DNA from: Lama glama
Lineage: Eukaryota
Direction: 5' to 3'
Assembly: GCA_028534125.1 (NCBI GenBank)
Contig: CM052817.1
Coordinates: 81,532,001-81,596,000 of the forward strand
Length of the DNA stretch: 64,000 nucleotides
The notes beneath the pieces were generated by a model. It was not told the DNA's origin. It saw nothing but the letters and a program-made list of their open reading frames with translations, and ran no database searches. Shown here in pieces: positions 11,730 to 24,152 of this stretch. How positions within the stretch are numbered: the stretch's first letter is position 1; every line of letters begins with the position of its first letter. The position numbers and the translations under genes are program-made.

Positions 11730-14700
11730 CGCCAGCCATATGAGAAGTGACCCTACACTCACCTTTGATAAAAAAGGTATTTTGAATTATGCTTCATCTT
11801 TTGTCAAATACCTTTTCTTGTCTTTTCCCCATTTCTCTGTTCTTTACCTTTTTAATAATCAAATGGTAAAGATTTTTGATGTATGCTGGGGCTCTCTATT
11901 TTTTGTTGATTAAATGTAGCTTGTCTTTTCACTATTTCCTTAATGGTATTGTTTGACCAGAAACCTTTTATTTTGAAATAATACTACAAGGAGAGCACAA
12001 TGAGCTCCCCAGTACTTTCAACTGGTTTTCTTTAGCACCTTATACACAGTGCACATGTTGTTATTAGCACTGTTACCGCTAAAGTGTTTGCGGCTGCAAA
12101 GCTCATATAATGCATAGCTATAGCGATTACCCCTCACAAAGGTCCTCGTAAAAACAGAGCCTCTTGTAGACCTGAAGTCCAGGGCTGCTGAGTCTGTTTC
12201 CTCACTGAGTAGACCCTTGTCTAGATCAGTAACTGCTTTTTCTGGTACCGTAGAAAAACTGATGATCTGATATGATGCCAACCTGTAACCTAGTGGGACA
12301 TTCTTAGTGAAATGAAAGTGGCTGACAAGCAGCAGCATGGCTGTTGTACAACTTACTGCGTTTCACTCATAAGAGCTGGATATCAAATATTCCCACAGTC
12401 TTGGAGGAATTGCTTCTGAGCTCGACTACCTGATGACTATAGGAGAATTTCATGTAGAGCTCCTACCTCTCCATCCTCCCCAGGAAGCATGTAAAGCTAT
12501 TTGGGAAATGTGGCTATTGATATATTCCTAGGAGCGCTGTCGTTCAATCTCAGTGTGTTGTCCCCAGAGCTGAATGGTGACACCCTTTAGGGTAGAACTG
12601 ACTGAGGTAGTTTATAACCATATACAACTCTGTTGTTGAAATTCTGCTTATATTTTGTCATTTTCTTGTTTTTTCCCTTCCAATTTGCAACAAAAGAATT
12701 ATCTCATCATCCCTTGACACCAGAATATTACGTATCTGCAGACCATTTATCCATGTGAATTAGAAGAGAAAAAAACAGCTGGAGAAAATTAGCATCTATT
12801 TTATTACTTCCTACTTGAAGCAATGTCTATGAGCACTGATTTTAAAAGGTTATTCTCTAAGTGTCTCTTGGTGTCATAGTATGATATGGAGAATTCAAAT
12901 CTAAATCTTTAGTTTCTTATTAAGAAAAAAAATGGCAAAGGTATCAAAGTCAGGAAAGCAATGTTAGAAAGAACATAATATGTCAAAATGACTCCTTATT
13001 TATATAGATGGTAAACCCTGTGGTGATGGTTATCCCTGCTGATAACCACCCACGGTGGAAATAAATCCTATTGGAGGAAACCAGAACTTGTTACATTGGA
13101 TCATAGACTGGCCTGAAAAATAATTTCTGTCTATAGACCATGCCATCTCAGTTCCATTTCAAGAAAATGCTGTCTGTGCACACTGTAGAAAGTTTCCACC
13201 TTATTGAAGCAGGCCAAGGTTGGGGACAGTCACGTCTTGAAAGTCATATTAGCAATCGATACATCACCCTTTAATCAGAAGTTCAAGACCTAAGTTTCAG
13301 TAAAATATGCTCCTCACTTCAGATGTCTGCAAATAATTAAACCTTATTCCCCTCCAAGGCTTACACATCAATGACAGAAGAACATTAGCAGGAGGTTATG
13401 AAGGAGAAAGTGAACCATGTGATTCAAGGATGCTGGACTCAGAGGTGAGACACCCCAAAATGTGCGGACATTTCATTGCCAGGCTTGGAAGATCTGGGTT
13501 AATTTTAGCAGGAAAAGAAACAATTTCCTTAGACCTCACAAATAGATAAAGAACTTCTATGTTGTCTTCTGAAAGGTCATCGGTGCTGTTAATTCTTCAT
13601 CGTGTCAGAAAGAGAAAAATCAATTGAAATGTAGTTGATAACAATGAGAGAAAGGCCTCGGGGGGAGACCTGGCATTAATTCCACCCCTTCTTACCTTGC
13701 TGCTATCACAAATGACCTGCCACCTGCCACACCGTAAGGAGGAATGGGTGCCTTGTAGCTACTTGTCAGGAAAGGGTTGAAGCAGAGGCTCCCTCCCTCA
13801 GCAGGGGTTACCAGAGATTAAACAGAAAGGGCAGGTTGGAGAAAAACAACTTTTAGGCTCCTCAGTCCGATATTTTGCTTTTGTATTTAAATGTATATAG
13901 AAAATGCTGTATTTAATTGAAAGATTGATTTTTTCTTTAAAACATAATGACTTTTAATTACAATAAGATTTTCTTTTAATTACAAGAAGCCTGAATTACT
14001 TTGTTTTTATGGCTCATTCTTATTAACATCACACGTCTACAAGCAGAAAACCAAAAATACTCCACAAAAATGCCCCACTTAACACCAACAAGTGACAGTA
14101 GAAAATCTTTTCATTGTTTAATTGATGAGATTCTAAAGGAACTTGTATTGATCTATTTAATACTATTGATAGATTTACTATTATTTATAGGAACTTAATT
14201 ACTATCACTTACAATTTTCACATGTTCCGTGATGTAATGGAGACTATTTAAATCAAATTAAAAAGAGACGATAGGGATGTGTAGAAATAAAAAATTAATT
14301 AGGTCATGCTTTAAGCACTTTTACACATGTATCATATAATTGCTTAAGCCAGCACTCTTAGCACAGACAGGGGATCATCAGCCTGCAAAGCCGAATAGAT
14401 TTATATTGCCAGCTGGTGGAATGTATAAATCTTTTAATTGTAACATTTATTATTTGAATTATATTGAGTTGGGGAAAGTTGAGTTTCAAAGCATTGGTGC
14501 AAGAGGGATGGTTGCTAATTGAATATCATTTTGACTTTTGAATTACTGCAAGTCCTCTACAGCAAAGCAGGAGGACAGAGTCATTAGTATCATGAATTTA
14601 TTTTTCTTTGAACATCCAACCAACACTCTAAGGTACATTTTCAGAACATTCTTTAACTGTTCTTTTTGGCCTACAATTTGTTTCACCATCTCCCCAGATT

Positions 14701-15452
14701 ATTTTCTCCATCTATCTCTTGGTATTTCAATATGTCCAGCCCTTACTGTGCACCAGTTAAAATATGGACACACCTTAAATTAGGCAGAAGAGCACTAAGA
14801 GAAAGAGAAGAGCCCGAGTTACTGTGCCCTTTATAGATCCTTGGCAGTATCAGAGAAAGAATTCCAAGTACACTAGACGCATGAGACACATTAATGCCTC
14901 AATTTCCAACCATTGTGTTGAATTAGGTATCAGTTGGCTTGTAAATTTAGGAAACAATTTCAGTGGGGAGTCTTCAAAGCCAAATCATTCTGTGCAAGCA
15001 AGAGTAATACAATGTGCAGGGGATACTTAGCGATTATTTAAGCATGTAAATATGTTTTTAATATCTCAGTGTATGTATCAGTCAGACTAACCAATAACCT
15101 TGCTTCTGGTAGCCTTTTGCAAACATGGAAGTCTGTCTAAATTTTATTGTTTATTGAAATTAAATGTATGTGTACTTTATTCATATACTGTACAATGTCA
15201 ACCACTTTAACCCTTGAGAATTTCTTAAACTTAGTACTGAGTCATTGGGTTTATGGGTACTAATTTGATACTCCAGTTGCAATTGGTTTTGAACATTATT
15301 TTTTCCCATTTTTTGTGCAAGCCTTTTCAAAAATGAAAATCAAATTTTTATAGAACTTTTTATTTTTATAAATAATTTCAGAATCAGAAATCCATTCCTG
15401 CTAGAGAAAACTAAAAGTTTCTGTGGGAATATTAGCAGTTGAAGGGCAAATC

Positions 15453-15636
15453 TTTAGGATCCAAACTAGCTGATCCAAGATAATGGACTGTTTCATCTTG
15501 GTACAATATACCTGTGTGTCACAGAAGTGCTGTTTTTTTTTTCATCCTTCTCTAAAAACGAGTCTTTGATTCCCCTAAACATTCTCCAAGAGATATTTTT
15601 TGGCAGCAGAGGTAACATCTAAAAAATAGAGCACTT
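15453..15636 (+). repeat. copy 1 of a diverged ~180-bp local direct duplication
   Basis: Colinear matching blocks with 16954-17134. Confidence 0.8.
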
Positions 15637-15731
15637 GTGGGTCATATACTGTTATCTCTGGAGAATGGATCTTTCTTAAGGAAGAGAACTATTTTGCCAA
15701 GTTTAGCTTATGCCTAAAAATTATGATCCTG

Positions 15732-16212
15732 TGTATTAGCCAGATTTCTCCAGAGAGAGAGAAGTAATAGAATATATTGAGAATATTTATGGTAAGGAAT
15801 CAGCTTACATGATTATGGAGGCTGAGAAGTCCCATGATCTGCCATCTGCAAATTACAAACCCAGGAAAGTCAGAGGTGTAGTTTCCAAGTCTGAGTGAAG
15901 ATGTGAGAACCAGGAGTGCTGTGGGGGAAGCTGGAGTCTGGGGACAGGAGAAGCCTGATGTCCCAGCTCAGCAATCAGGCAGAGAGAGGGAGGGAGGAGG
16001 GGGAGAGAGAGAGAGAGGGAATTCTCCTTTCCTCAGTCTTTTAGTTCTGTTCAGGTCTCCAGTGGATGGGGTGATGCCACCTTCTTAGTCAACTGGTCCA
16101 AATGCTAATCTCTTCTGGAAACATCCTCATGGACACACTCAGAAATAATGTTTACCAAATATGTGAGAACCCTTCGACCCAGGCAAACTGGCATATAAAA
16201 TAAACTATAGGT
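15732..16212 (-). mobile_element. MLT2 (ERV-L) solo LTR
   Basis: TGTATTAGCCAGATTTCTCCAGAGA...GATTATGGAGGCTGAGAAGTCCCATGATCTGCCATCTGCAA...CATATAAAATAAACTAT is antisense MLT2. Confidence 0.9.
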
Positions 16213-16519
16213 ACTGGTATTTCAAAGAGTCAGACTTCAGAGTTTTCAAAGTATTTCTTGTCTTTAAAAAACTATGACTTTTTATGCCACTTTCATTATT
16301 TCAAATGTTTGCATCATGTCCAACTCAATCATGTTTTTACAGCAATGGATATTTATTGAATTTCTCTTATGTGATAACTTCTATTACCTACTTTTTTAAA
16401 GTCATTATTTCCTGGGAAGTTAAATGCGATTAAAATTTGGTAAATTTAGAAATGCTGGCATGGAAGTGGGAAGCTGTAGCTCACAGCAGCTAAAAGCGTA
16501 GCTCCTCCAGCAGGGAAAT

Positions 16520-16710
16520 GGCTGCAAGTGAATCTCAGCCCCAGGACTCACTGGCTGTGTGCCGCTGTACAAGGCAGTGCGCATTCTAGCCTTCAACATC
16601 TTCGTCGGTACAACAGAGATTAGAATGGTATCTACGTCGTAAGGGGAATGTGAGGAATAAATCAATCTATGTATAGCACTGACATGTTGAGTGGCATTAT
16701 AAAAAACATA
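16520..16710 (+). mobile_element. MIR SINE
   Basis: Degenerate core ...GAGATTAGAATGGTATCTACGTCGTAAGGGGAATGTGAGGAATAAAT. Confidence 0.6.
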
Positions 16711-16799
16711 GACCTCTTTACCAAATGTAATTTTTATAGGCCTTTAATTTTCACCTAAGTTATTTAGCCATTCTCCGAATTATGTTAAGATTTCACCAG

Positions 16800-16953
16800 C
16801 AGTGCCTTTTAATCAGGAGTGTTTATCAGAATTATCTAGACACCATTTTATTTTTTCCAAAATATACATGCCTTAATGAAGGACAATCACTGGAGAATGG
16901 GATACAGGCATGCATGTTTTGCAAAAGTGAATCAAGTTATTCTTATGGCACCA
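16800..16953. mobile_element. MER5-like hAT-Charlie MITE
   Basis: CAGTG...GTGTTTATCAGAATTATCTAGA...GCATGTTTTGCAAAAG...AAGTTATTCTTATG resembles degraded MER5. Confidence 0.5.
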
Positions 16954-17134
16954 TTTAGGCTCCAAGCTAGCTGGAAGACAGATCAAAATAAATGATGTCT
17001 TTTGTTCTTATATGATACACCTGAGTATCATGGAAGTGCTATTTCTTACTTTTCTAAAAATGAGTCTTTTGATTCTCCTAACCACCCTTAGAGAGATTTT
17101 TTGGGGCAGATAAGGCCTAGAAAATTGAACACTT
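16954..17134 (+). repeat. copy 2 of the local direct duplication
   Basis: Colinear matching blocks with 15453-15636. Confidence 0.8.
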
Positions 17135-18399
17135 TAATCTCACTTAAAGTTAGATTTATTTACAGTTATTTTACAATTGAAACTTTTAAAAGTGTATTTA
17201 CCATTTCCAAGTTGATAATACAGTTAACCACTTCTGATTTATTTAGACATGATAACATGAAACTTTAAAAAATATATTGTTAAGCAGACAATGGTCAATA
17301 GTTCCCTACTATTTCTAATACAAATAGGTTTTTATCAACGTGCTTATTTCAGACTTAGAGGGAAATGCCTGGGGCTGAGGGGAAGGTGGGGGAGAGAGAG
17401 AGACAACACACTGAGTGCCAGAGCAATGAATAGTTTTTCAAGTGTGTACATCTCAAGTCAAGGATTTTCTCCAGTTACTAGCTCTGACTCTAAATAACCA
17501 AAGAATTTAAGATACATTTGCCTTATTCAATGCCTCCCTTGAGGGTAGACGCACTTCCTGCTGGAATCTATCTTTACTCTGAAGGTCAGCTTGTGCTTTA
17601 ATGCAGTCTCGTGTGTAAATTTCAGAGACCCCTTGAAGACATTGAATGGAATCCAAAGGTCAGCAAATTCGCAGTTAATAACAAGTAAAATGAAATCGTA
17701 CATCTTTTAACTTAGAAGACATATTCCTTTTTTTATTTTTAGTTTAGTTTGAAGTATTTCATCCGTTCAGGAAACTATAGAGACTGTGGCTCATAGTGAA
17801 ACAGTTCAGCGTTTGGGGAGACCACGCCTCCCCAACTTCCCTAGGCCAGATGGAAGCAGCGACAAGACAAAGCCTGGGCTCCCCTGAGCACGCCAAGGGA
17901 GAGGGTAGCCGGCCTGTGTGACTCTCCAGTTAACACGTGGCTCTGGGCCCCTTGGCCCATTCTCTGTCTCCATCTTTAACTCCAGGAGCTCCTTTAGATT
18001 CAGTATCATCTTGGTAGTTCACCAATGAAAGTTCTGAAGCCCCATTAGATGTGGATTCCCAATTTGGCTGAAAAACCCGTCCCACCACTATTTTACCTTC
18101 AAAACCCAGCGAGTACTTAGCATAGCATAGGTACATATTAATTAAGTAAATGCATGTCTGAGAAGTCTGAAGTGAAAATTCTCTTCCTTTACCAGCAAAA
18201 TATAAATCATTTATCTTGTGGATTTACCCAAGGGTCTGCTGGTGCCCATCCCCATGCTAATTACATAAGAAACAGTATTTCAGGGGAACCATGAATATTT
18301 CTGTCATTTTTTCCATTCTAAGTACCTTGTTGGGAAGGAGAAGTAGAGACCTGGCTTTTCTCTTTCACCTTTTACACGTTTATTTACTGACAAAATTTT

Positions 18400-18550
18400 T
18401 ATTTAGCTCCAAGGTATGTGCTCAGGACCAGAATGAATTTCTTTGCATATTATTTAAATGAGACCTCTACCAAAATTGTGAGGGGAACATAAAAATGTAT
18501 GTATTTTAAAGATGAGAAACCTAAAGCTCAGAAAATTTCAGTAAGTTCTC
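18400..18550 (-). mobile_element. MIR SINE
   Basis: ATTTTAAAGATGAGAAACCTAAAGCTCAGAAA antisense core. Confidence 0.65.
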
Positions 18551-21500
18551 CTATTGGCACCTCTCACATGGTGGAACTGAGGTCAGGACGCAGGAAGGAA
18601 TGACTGCACAGTGCATCCCATCCCACGATGTCCTGTCTCTCTGGAAGGTGCTCCTTTGGCCAGTGTTCACCAAGCACCAAATGAGCCATTTACTCATTTG
18701 CTGATTTTTTTTTTCCTGAGAAGTCTCTAGTGGAGAATGGTCTAGTTCTTTACAGAATTCCAAAGTGTGATTGCACTGTCAAATCTTGATAAGAATCTGC
18801 TAGAATAGAAATAGAGTCTGTCTTTGAAATTCTTTCCAAAGTTTTATATTATTCAGGAAGTTCCTTTGTTCTAAAATGCTCTTCCCATTATTTTTCTATT
18901 TAAGCTTCTTGCTTGCTATTCTGTTCTCAGTAGACAGTTCCTAATTTTTCAATTCCAGTTTACATAATCTACAATTTGGATGACAGTTTCAATTGTCATA
19001 ACTAGCTAATACACTACCCAGCACCATATTTTACATACAGATAAAATAGTCAAGGATAGAAAAGAAATGCTATGTTAACATTTTCCAGTAGTAATTTCTC
19101 ATAATTATGTAAATGATAGTAATGGTTGAGAAAAACAGTGTTACTTCATTTTAAAAATAAACTCATGGTTATTCAGCTAAATATTTAATATATCATATAC
19201 ATACCCTGTAGCCAAAGTTGAAATACAGTAAGTTAGGCCATCTATTATTAGCTTAACTCTTGCAGTCAAATTTAAATGGTCAAGATGAAAAGAAAATGGT
19301 TGTTTTTAAATTCTGTTATGAGGTTGGAAGTCAAACCCCATCGAAGTCCAGATTTTTACCACTAATATCTCTTATTGATTGCAGACTTTTATTTCTAGAT
19401 ATCTTCTTTTAAATATGATACATTTGTTTGCCAATCTAGGTTTCTCGCCTTTTTTTGAAAACAAACATAGTTTAATACATGAGTATTTGAAAAAACTAAG
19501 GCATTATTTCTTCAGGGTTAGATTTCACTTCAGTGTCTTTGTCCATGTTTAACAAAATGCCTCCAAAATATCCCATTATACTAGCACTTTACTACAAAAA
19601 TTAAGTACATATCAGAAATATATTTCAATCTGAGCACATCTTATATGGTGTACATGTTAGCATCTTTGAATTCTCATTCTTAGATTGACATGTGCTTTTC
19701 TTGAAATGTGACCCTTTGGATGGGTGTCTGTGGTGTGACCTGTTGTGACTGGAGAAAGGTCACTACTATGATCTAAGTTTGCTGTATTGTTTTAGAATTT
19801 TCAATTCTTCTGTAAAGACAAGAAAAGCACGGTGTGGTAGATGTACAGGAATACAAAGTATGGATAGTGTATAAGATTGTAGCTTATGCGTTCTAGACAA
19901 AAAGTATAATAAATGATAGACATACACAATAAAAAAGCTAGTAACTTGTAAAATAAGAGCAGAATTAATGTATAAAGTATAAAAAGTAAGTCAGTAATAT
20001 GTGAAACATGCCAAAAATAGAGTCAATAGCGAATCCAGCAAGTCAAAGGAAAGGGTGGGCTATAGATAGAAATTGATGGGAAAGACAAGTGCTGGTCCCG
20101 CCACTTCTGGGCTGAGAGCTGTCTCACCCGTACGTCAGTCACGCGCTGATGACACTCAATGTGTTCTACTCTGACCCCAAACATGCTCCACCAGGAAATG
20201 TAAGTAAAACCCATGGATGTTTAGCAGGCTAATCGCAAGTTCCTGCTGTAGGCAGCACACCTGTCCCTGCATCTCTCTGATAGAGTGAGTGTGTATCACT
20301 GGCCTGGGGAACTTCATATCTGTGGGCCCCTTGCTCAAACCTTGACTCTGGTGTTTGTAATCACACCTGCCACAGGAGAAGTTAGTGCAACAGAGAGGGA
20401 ACAAGATATAGAACTTTGTGTAATCCCAGGTCGAGATAGTGTGGACTTGCCATCACTTGCAAGCTGTCCTACAGGTGGTATCCTACCCCATCTCTCACCT
20501 CTGTGTCTTGCTGTGTGATTACATTAATTTAATACAGTGTGGGATTTGAGCATTTTAATTGGGTCTGTAAGCATTTCAGTTCTTTGGCTTCTGGGATAGC
20601 TTACCTGGTAGTGTACCTGGGAGCTACTACTGCTTCAGAGTAATTTCCCTCCTGACACTGACCTGGCTCACTAAGCACTAGGAAAACCTACAAGCCCTGG
20701 GCGGAAGGGTCCAGAGTGAGATGGGAATCTAACCAAGTGAATCTTCAAGGTCCATGTATGGTTTGATGGTGGCTTAACTCCTGTGTGAATCCTGCTCAAA
20801 TATAAAGGGAACCAATATTACTTATTTGGTCAGTGAGTATATCATCTCCAAAAAGATCCAGGGGAAAATAAACTTAAAATCTGATGGTGAATAAAACACA
20901 GTTGTGTAACTTGCTCCTTAACTATCATTTTGTTCAATACATTATTATTAAAATAGATTGAATTTATATATGATACACTATTATCAATAATATGTTACAG
21001 TTACTACTGAGGCTTACTCTTTGAAAAATAATTTGAGTTATTTAAGTGAGTCTATTTCTATAACTTAATCACCTAGTAATAACAGTGAAAACAATAACAA
21101 TACTTACACAAGTCCTTTTTTTCTCTCAGGAAGCAGAAGAGCTGCTTTTTACCTTATTTATGAATCCAAACTAAAGAAACACAGGCATTTTAACAAAGTT
21201 TCTGCATAAAACTTGCTCTAGTCATAAGTCACACTATTTCTTTGCATTCCTTAGTGGTAGGCTTGGTTTCCTCTCTGGAATAAGATTTTTGCTTTTAATC
21301 ACATTCTTGGTCTTGAGAGACATACAAAGTAGAATAGGGAAATCATTTTGAATTCAAAATATTCAGTCTGCAATCAATGCTACTTTTTTTATGAAGTATA
21401 ATGAGAGCAGAGAACATAAAGGGGTAGTCTTTGCCCATCGTGTTTTTTATTTGATTTTAAATGCCTCTGGGCTCCGGGTGGCAGATACTGTAGTTCATCA

Positions 21501-21986
21501 TAGTTTCTATGACTCCCTCCTGTCTTACTACTTCACACAATTCCTGCTTGACCCCAGAAGATGTTTGAGACTGCCAGGGCACAGTTGGAGGCACATTAAA
21601 TATTCAGTGGGTACACTGAGGAAGACAAGGATGATAAATTACCCTTAGGACAAGTTTCACCAAAAAGATAAACTTTGAAATCCATCTGAAGATTGTATTG
21701 GAATTGTACCATTATTTCCCTTATTTTGGGGGCTTTGAATTATCTTTATTGTTTAATCTACTTGTATAATGTAATGATATAATATTATAAAATGCATATT
21801 GTTGATTAATTTACTCATCTATTTTTCTACTTTGAAGTATTTTCACAAATACTTAAAAAATATTTCATATTGAATGTAATTTGCTCAGAAATAAATGGAT
21901 CATTATTATTTATTACAGAAAACTTTTGTCATCTCCAGAAGAAAGATCTGGAGAGGAAAAAGAAAACCCTTCAAATTCCATGGTGA

Positions 21987-24152
21987 AACTTCTGCCTCTG
22001 GGGACATAGAGTAGGTGTACTTTTCTCTATTCCTCCCACTAAATATGACTAGAAGCTCTGGAAAATTATATCTATGTAAAATTTACATATCTAAATATAA
22101 TTAAATAGTTCAAACATAAATATAGAAATAATTCAAGTATATAATACACTTACATATAATTTTATATTGTATATAATTCTTACGTTTGTTTTACACACAT
22201 ATACATATAAGTGTATTTATATGTATGTAAAATAAACGTAAGAAGAATGGAAAGTGGAGCCATGGTTGCAGGCTGGACTGGCCAGGGACTCTGAGACTCA
22301 AAGAAGAAAATGGAAATGAGTTCCAGGGTTTTCTTTCTGCCTCACATATTCCAGAAGCCAGTAAACCCCCAACAGTACCTGTTTTCTTTAGCTAAAGTAC
22401 CGGAAAAGTGACAGTCTAGCAAGAGATTAAACTTTTAGACAATAACTCTACTCCAGCCAAACACCTTGGGAAAAATAGAGTCCCCACTGCCATCCAAATC
22501 AACAAAGGTCTAGCAGCAAGTCTAGCCTTGCCCAGGGTCTCCAGCCTTTCCATCCCTTTCCTCCCAGATGTTAATGAAGACCAAGTAGGGAACCAGACAA
22601 TGAGACCCTCCACTGCACAGTGTCCTTGGAAGCCACTTGGGGAGCGTAGACTTTTATCCCCACCCAGAAATCAGGTGGCACTCCTTCATCTCTCTGCTGG
22701 CATGGTTTCAGAGGACACCTGAAAGTCAGGGCCTTCACCAGTAACCTACCAATAGGGGCCATCTCCTATGGTTGTGATGGAGATCAGGCGGGGTGCAGGA
22801 AAGAGGCACACCTGCCCCTCAGGGTGGTGTCAGAGAAGGTCTACTGGGGATCTAGAACCCCCATCCCTGTCTAGAAGAATGATTCTTTCTCCCCATTGGG
22901 TGTCAATGTAGGTTGATAGGGAAACTGGATTTCTCCCACCATCTGGCAGGAAGGAGGCTCCACCTTCCCCCAGCTCACTGGAGCAATGTCAGAGGAAGCC
23001 AGAGGAGGATCAAAGTAGACCCGGAGTCCAGCAATACACAGGTTTCAGTAGAAAAATCATTCATCATACCAAGAAGCTGGAATACCTCAGGTGAGAAATG
23101 GCAATCAACTGATGCCATCAGCAAAATGACAAAGAAGCTAGAATTACCTGACAAGTATTTTAAAGCAGACATTTACCAGAGGGTACAGATAAATGGTAAA
23201 TAAGCACATGAAAAGATGTTCAATATCACTCGGCATTAGGGAGATGAAAATTAAAACCACAATGGGTTATCACTACACACGTCATAATTGCAAAAATAAA
23301 TTTTAAAAAATGACAGTGCAAAACTCTTGTGTGAATATAGAAAAACGGAATCACTCCTATTTTGATGGGGGGGAATGTAAAATAAGACAGCCACATTGGA
23401 AAACTGGCATTTTCTTCAGGAAAAAAAAGAAGAAAAAAGAACAAAAACAACTAAACATACCACCCAGTAATTGTCCTTCTGGGCCTTTATTCCAGAGACA
23501 TGAAAGCTTATGTTCACACAGAATCCTTTACAGGAATGTTCATAGTGACTTTATTCATAATAGCTAGAAACTGGAAACAGCCCAGATGTTCCATTTTGGA
23601 TGATTAGGTGGGCATCACATGGAACATACATATTGTGGAGTACTATTCAGCAATAATAATTTTAAAAAATTATTGATACATGCAACAATCTGGATAAATC
23701 TCCAGAGATTTATGCTGTATGAAAAAAATGCAATCTAAAAAAGTTATTTGGAACATGATTTTAAGTAAGTGCATTAATAAATAAAATGGGCGTAAGAGAC
23801 ATGTTAAAAAAAAAGTATGATTCCATTAGTATGCCATTCTTGAAATAAAAAAACTTAAACGGAAAACTGATTAAATGGTTATGGGGATTAAGGACAGGAG
23901 GGCCCATGAGGAGGGGGACAAAAGGGGCTTAGTGTGGGTCGAAAAGAGTGAAACACCACTGAGCTTTGTGCCTGAATTATCCTGTATCTTAACTGCATCA
24001 ATGTCAATATCCTGGTTGCCAAGTTGTACTATAGTTTTGTATGATGTTACCACTGGGGACACAGTGTAAAAGGTATATGGAATTTCTCTGCATTATTTTT
24101 CTACAAATGCATACAAATCTATAATTATCTCAAAATAAAAATTTAATTAATT
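21987..24152 (+). mobile_element. internally deleted L1MD-like element (5'UTR, ORF1 start, then ORF2 end and 3'UTR)
   Basis: 5' end GTACTTTTCTCTATTCCTCCCACTAA is L1MD-like; ORF1-like MTKKLELPDKYFKA; then AATAAGCACATGAAAAGATGTTCAA (late ORF2); ends ATAATTATCTCAAAATAAAAA; degenerate TSD 21974-21986/24153-24165. Confidence 0.8.
22177..22244. repeat. inverted repeat, 27-bp arms and 14-nt loop
   Basis: TTCTTACGTTTGTTTTACACACATATA vs TATATGTATGTAAAATAAACGTAAGAA, 25/27 complementary. Confidence 0.9.

Noticed and set aside
12018..12338. 106-aa minus-strand ORF in unique sequence
   Set aside because: No similarity to a protein I know; the neighbouring splice-bounded segment has stops in all frames
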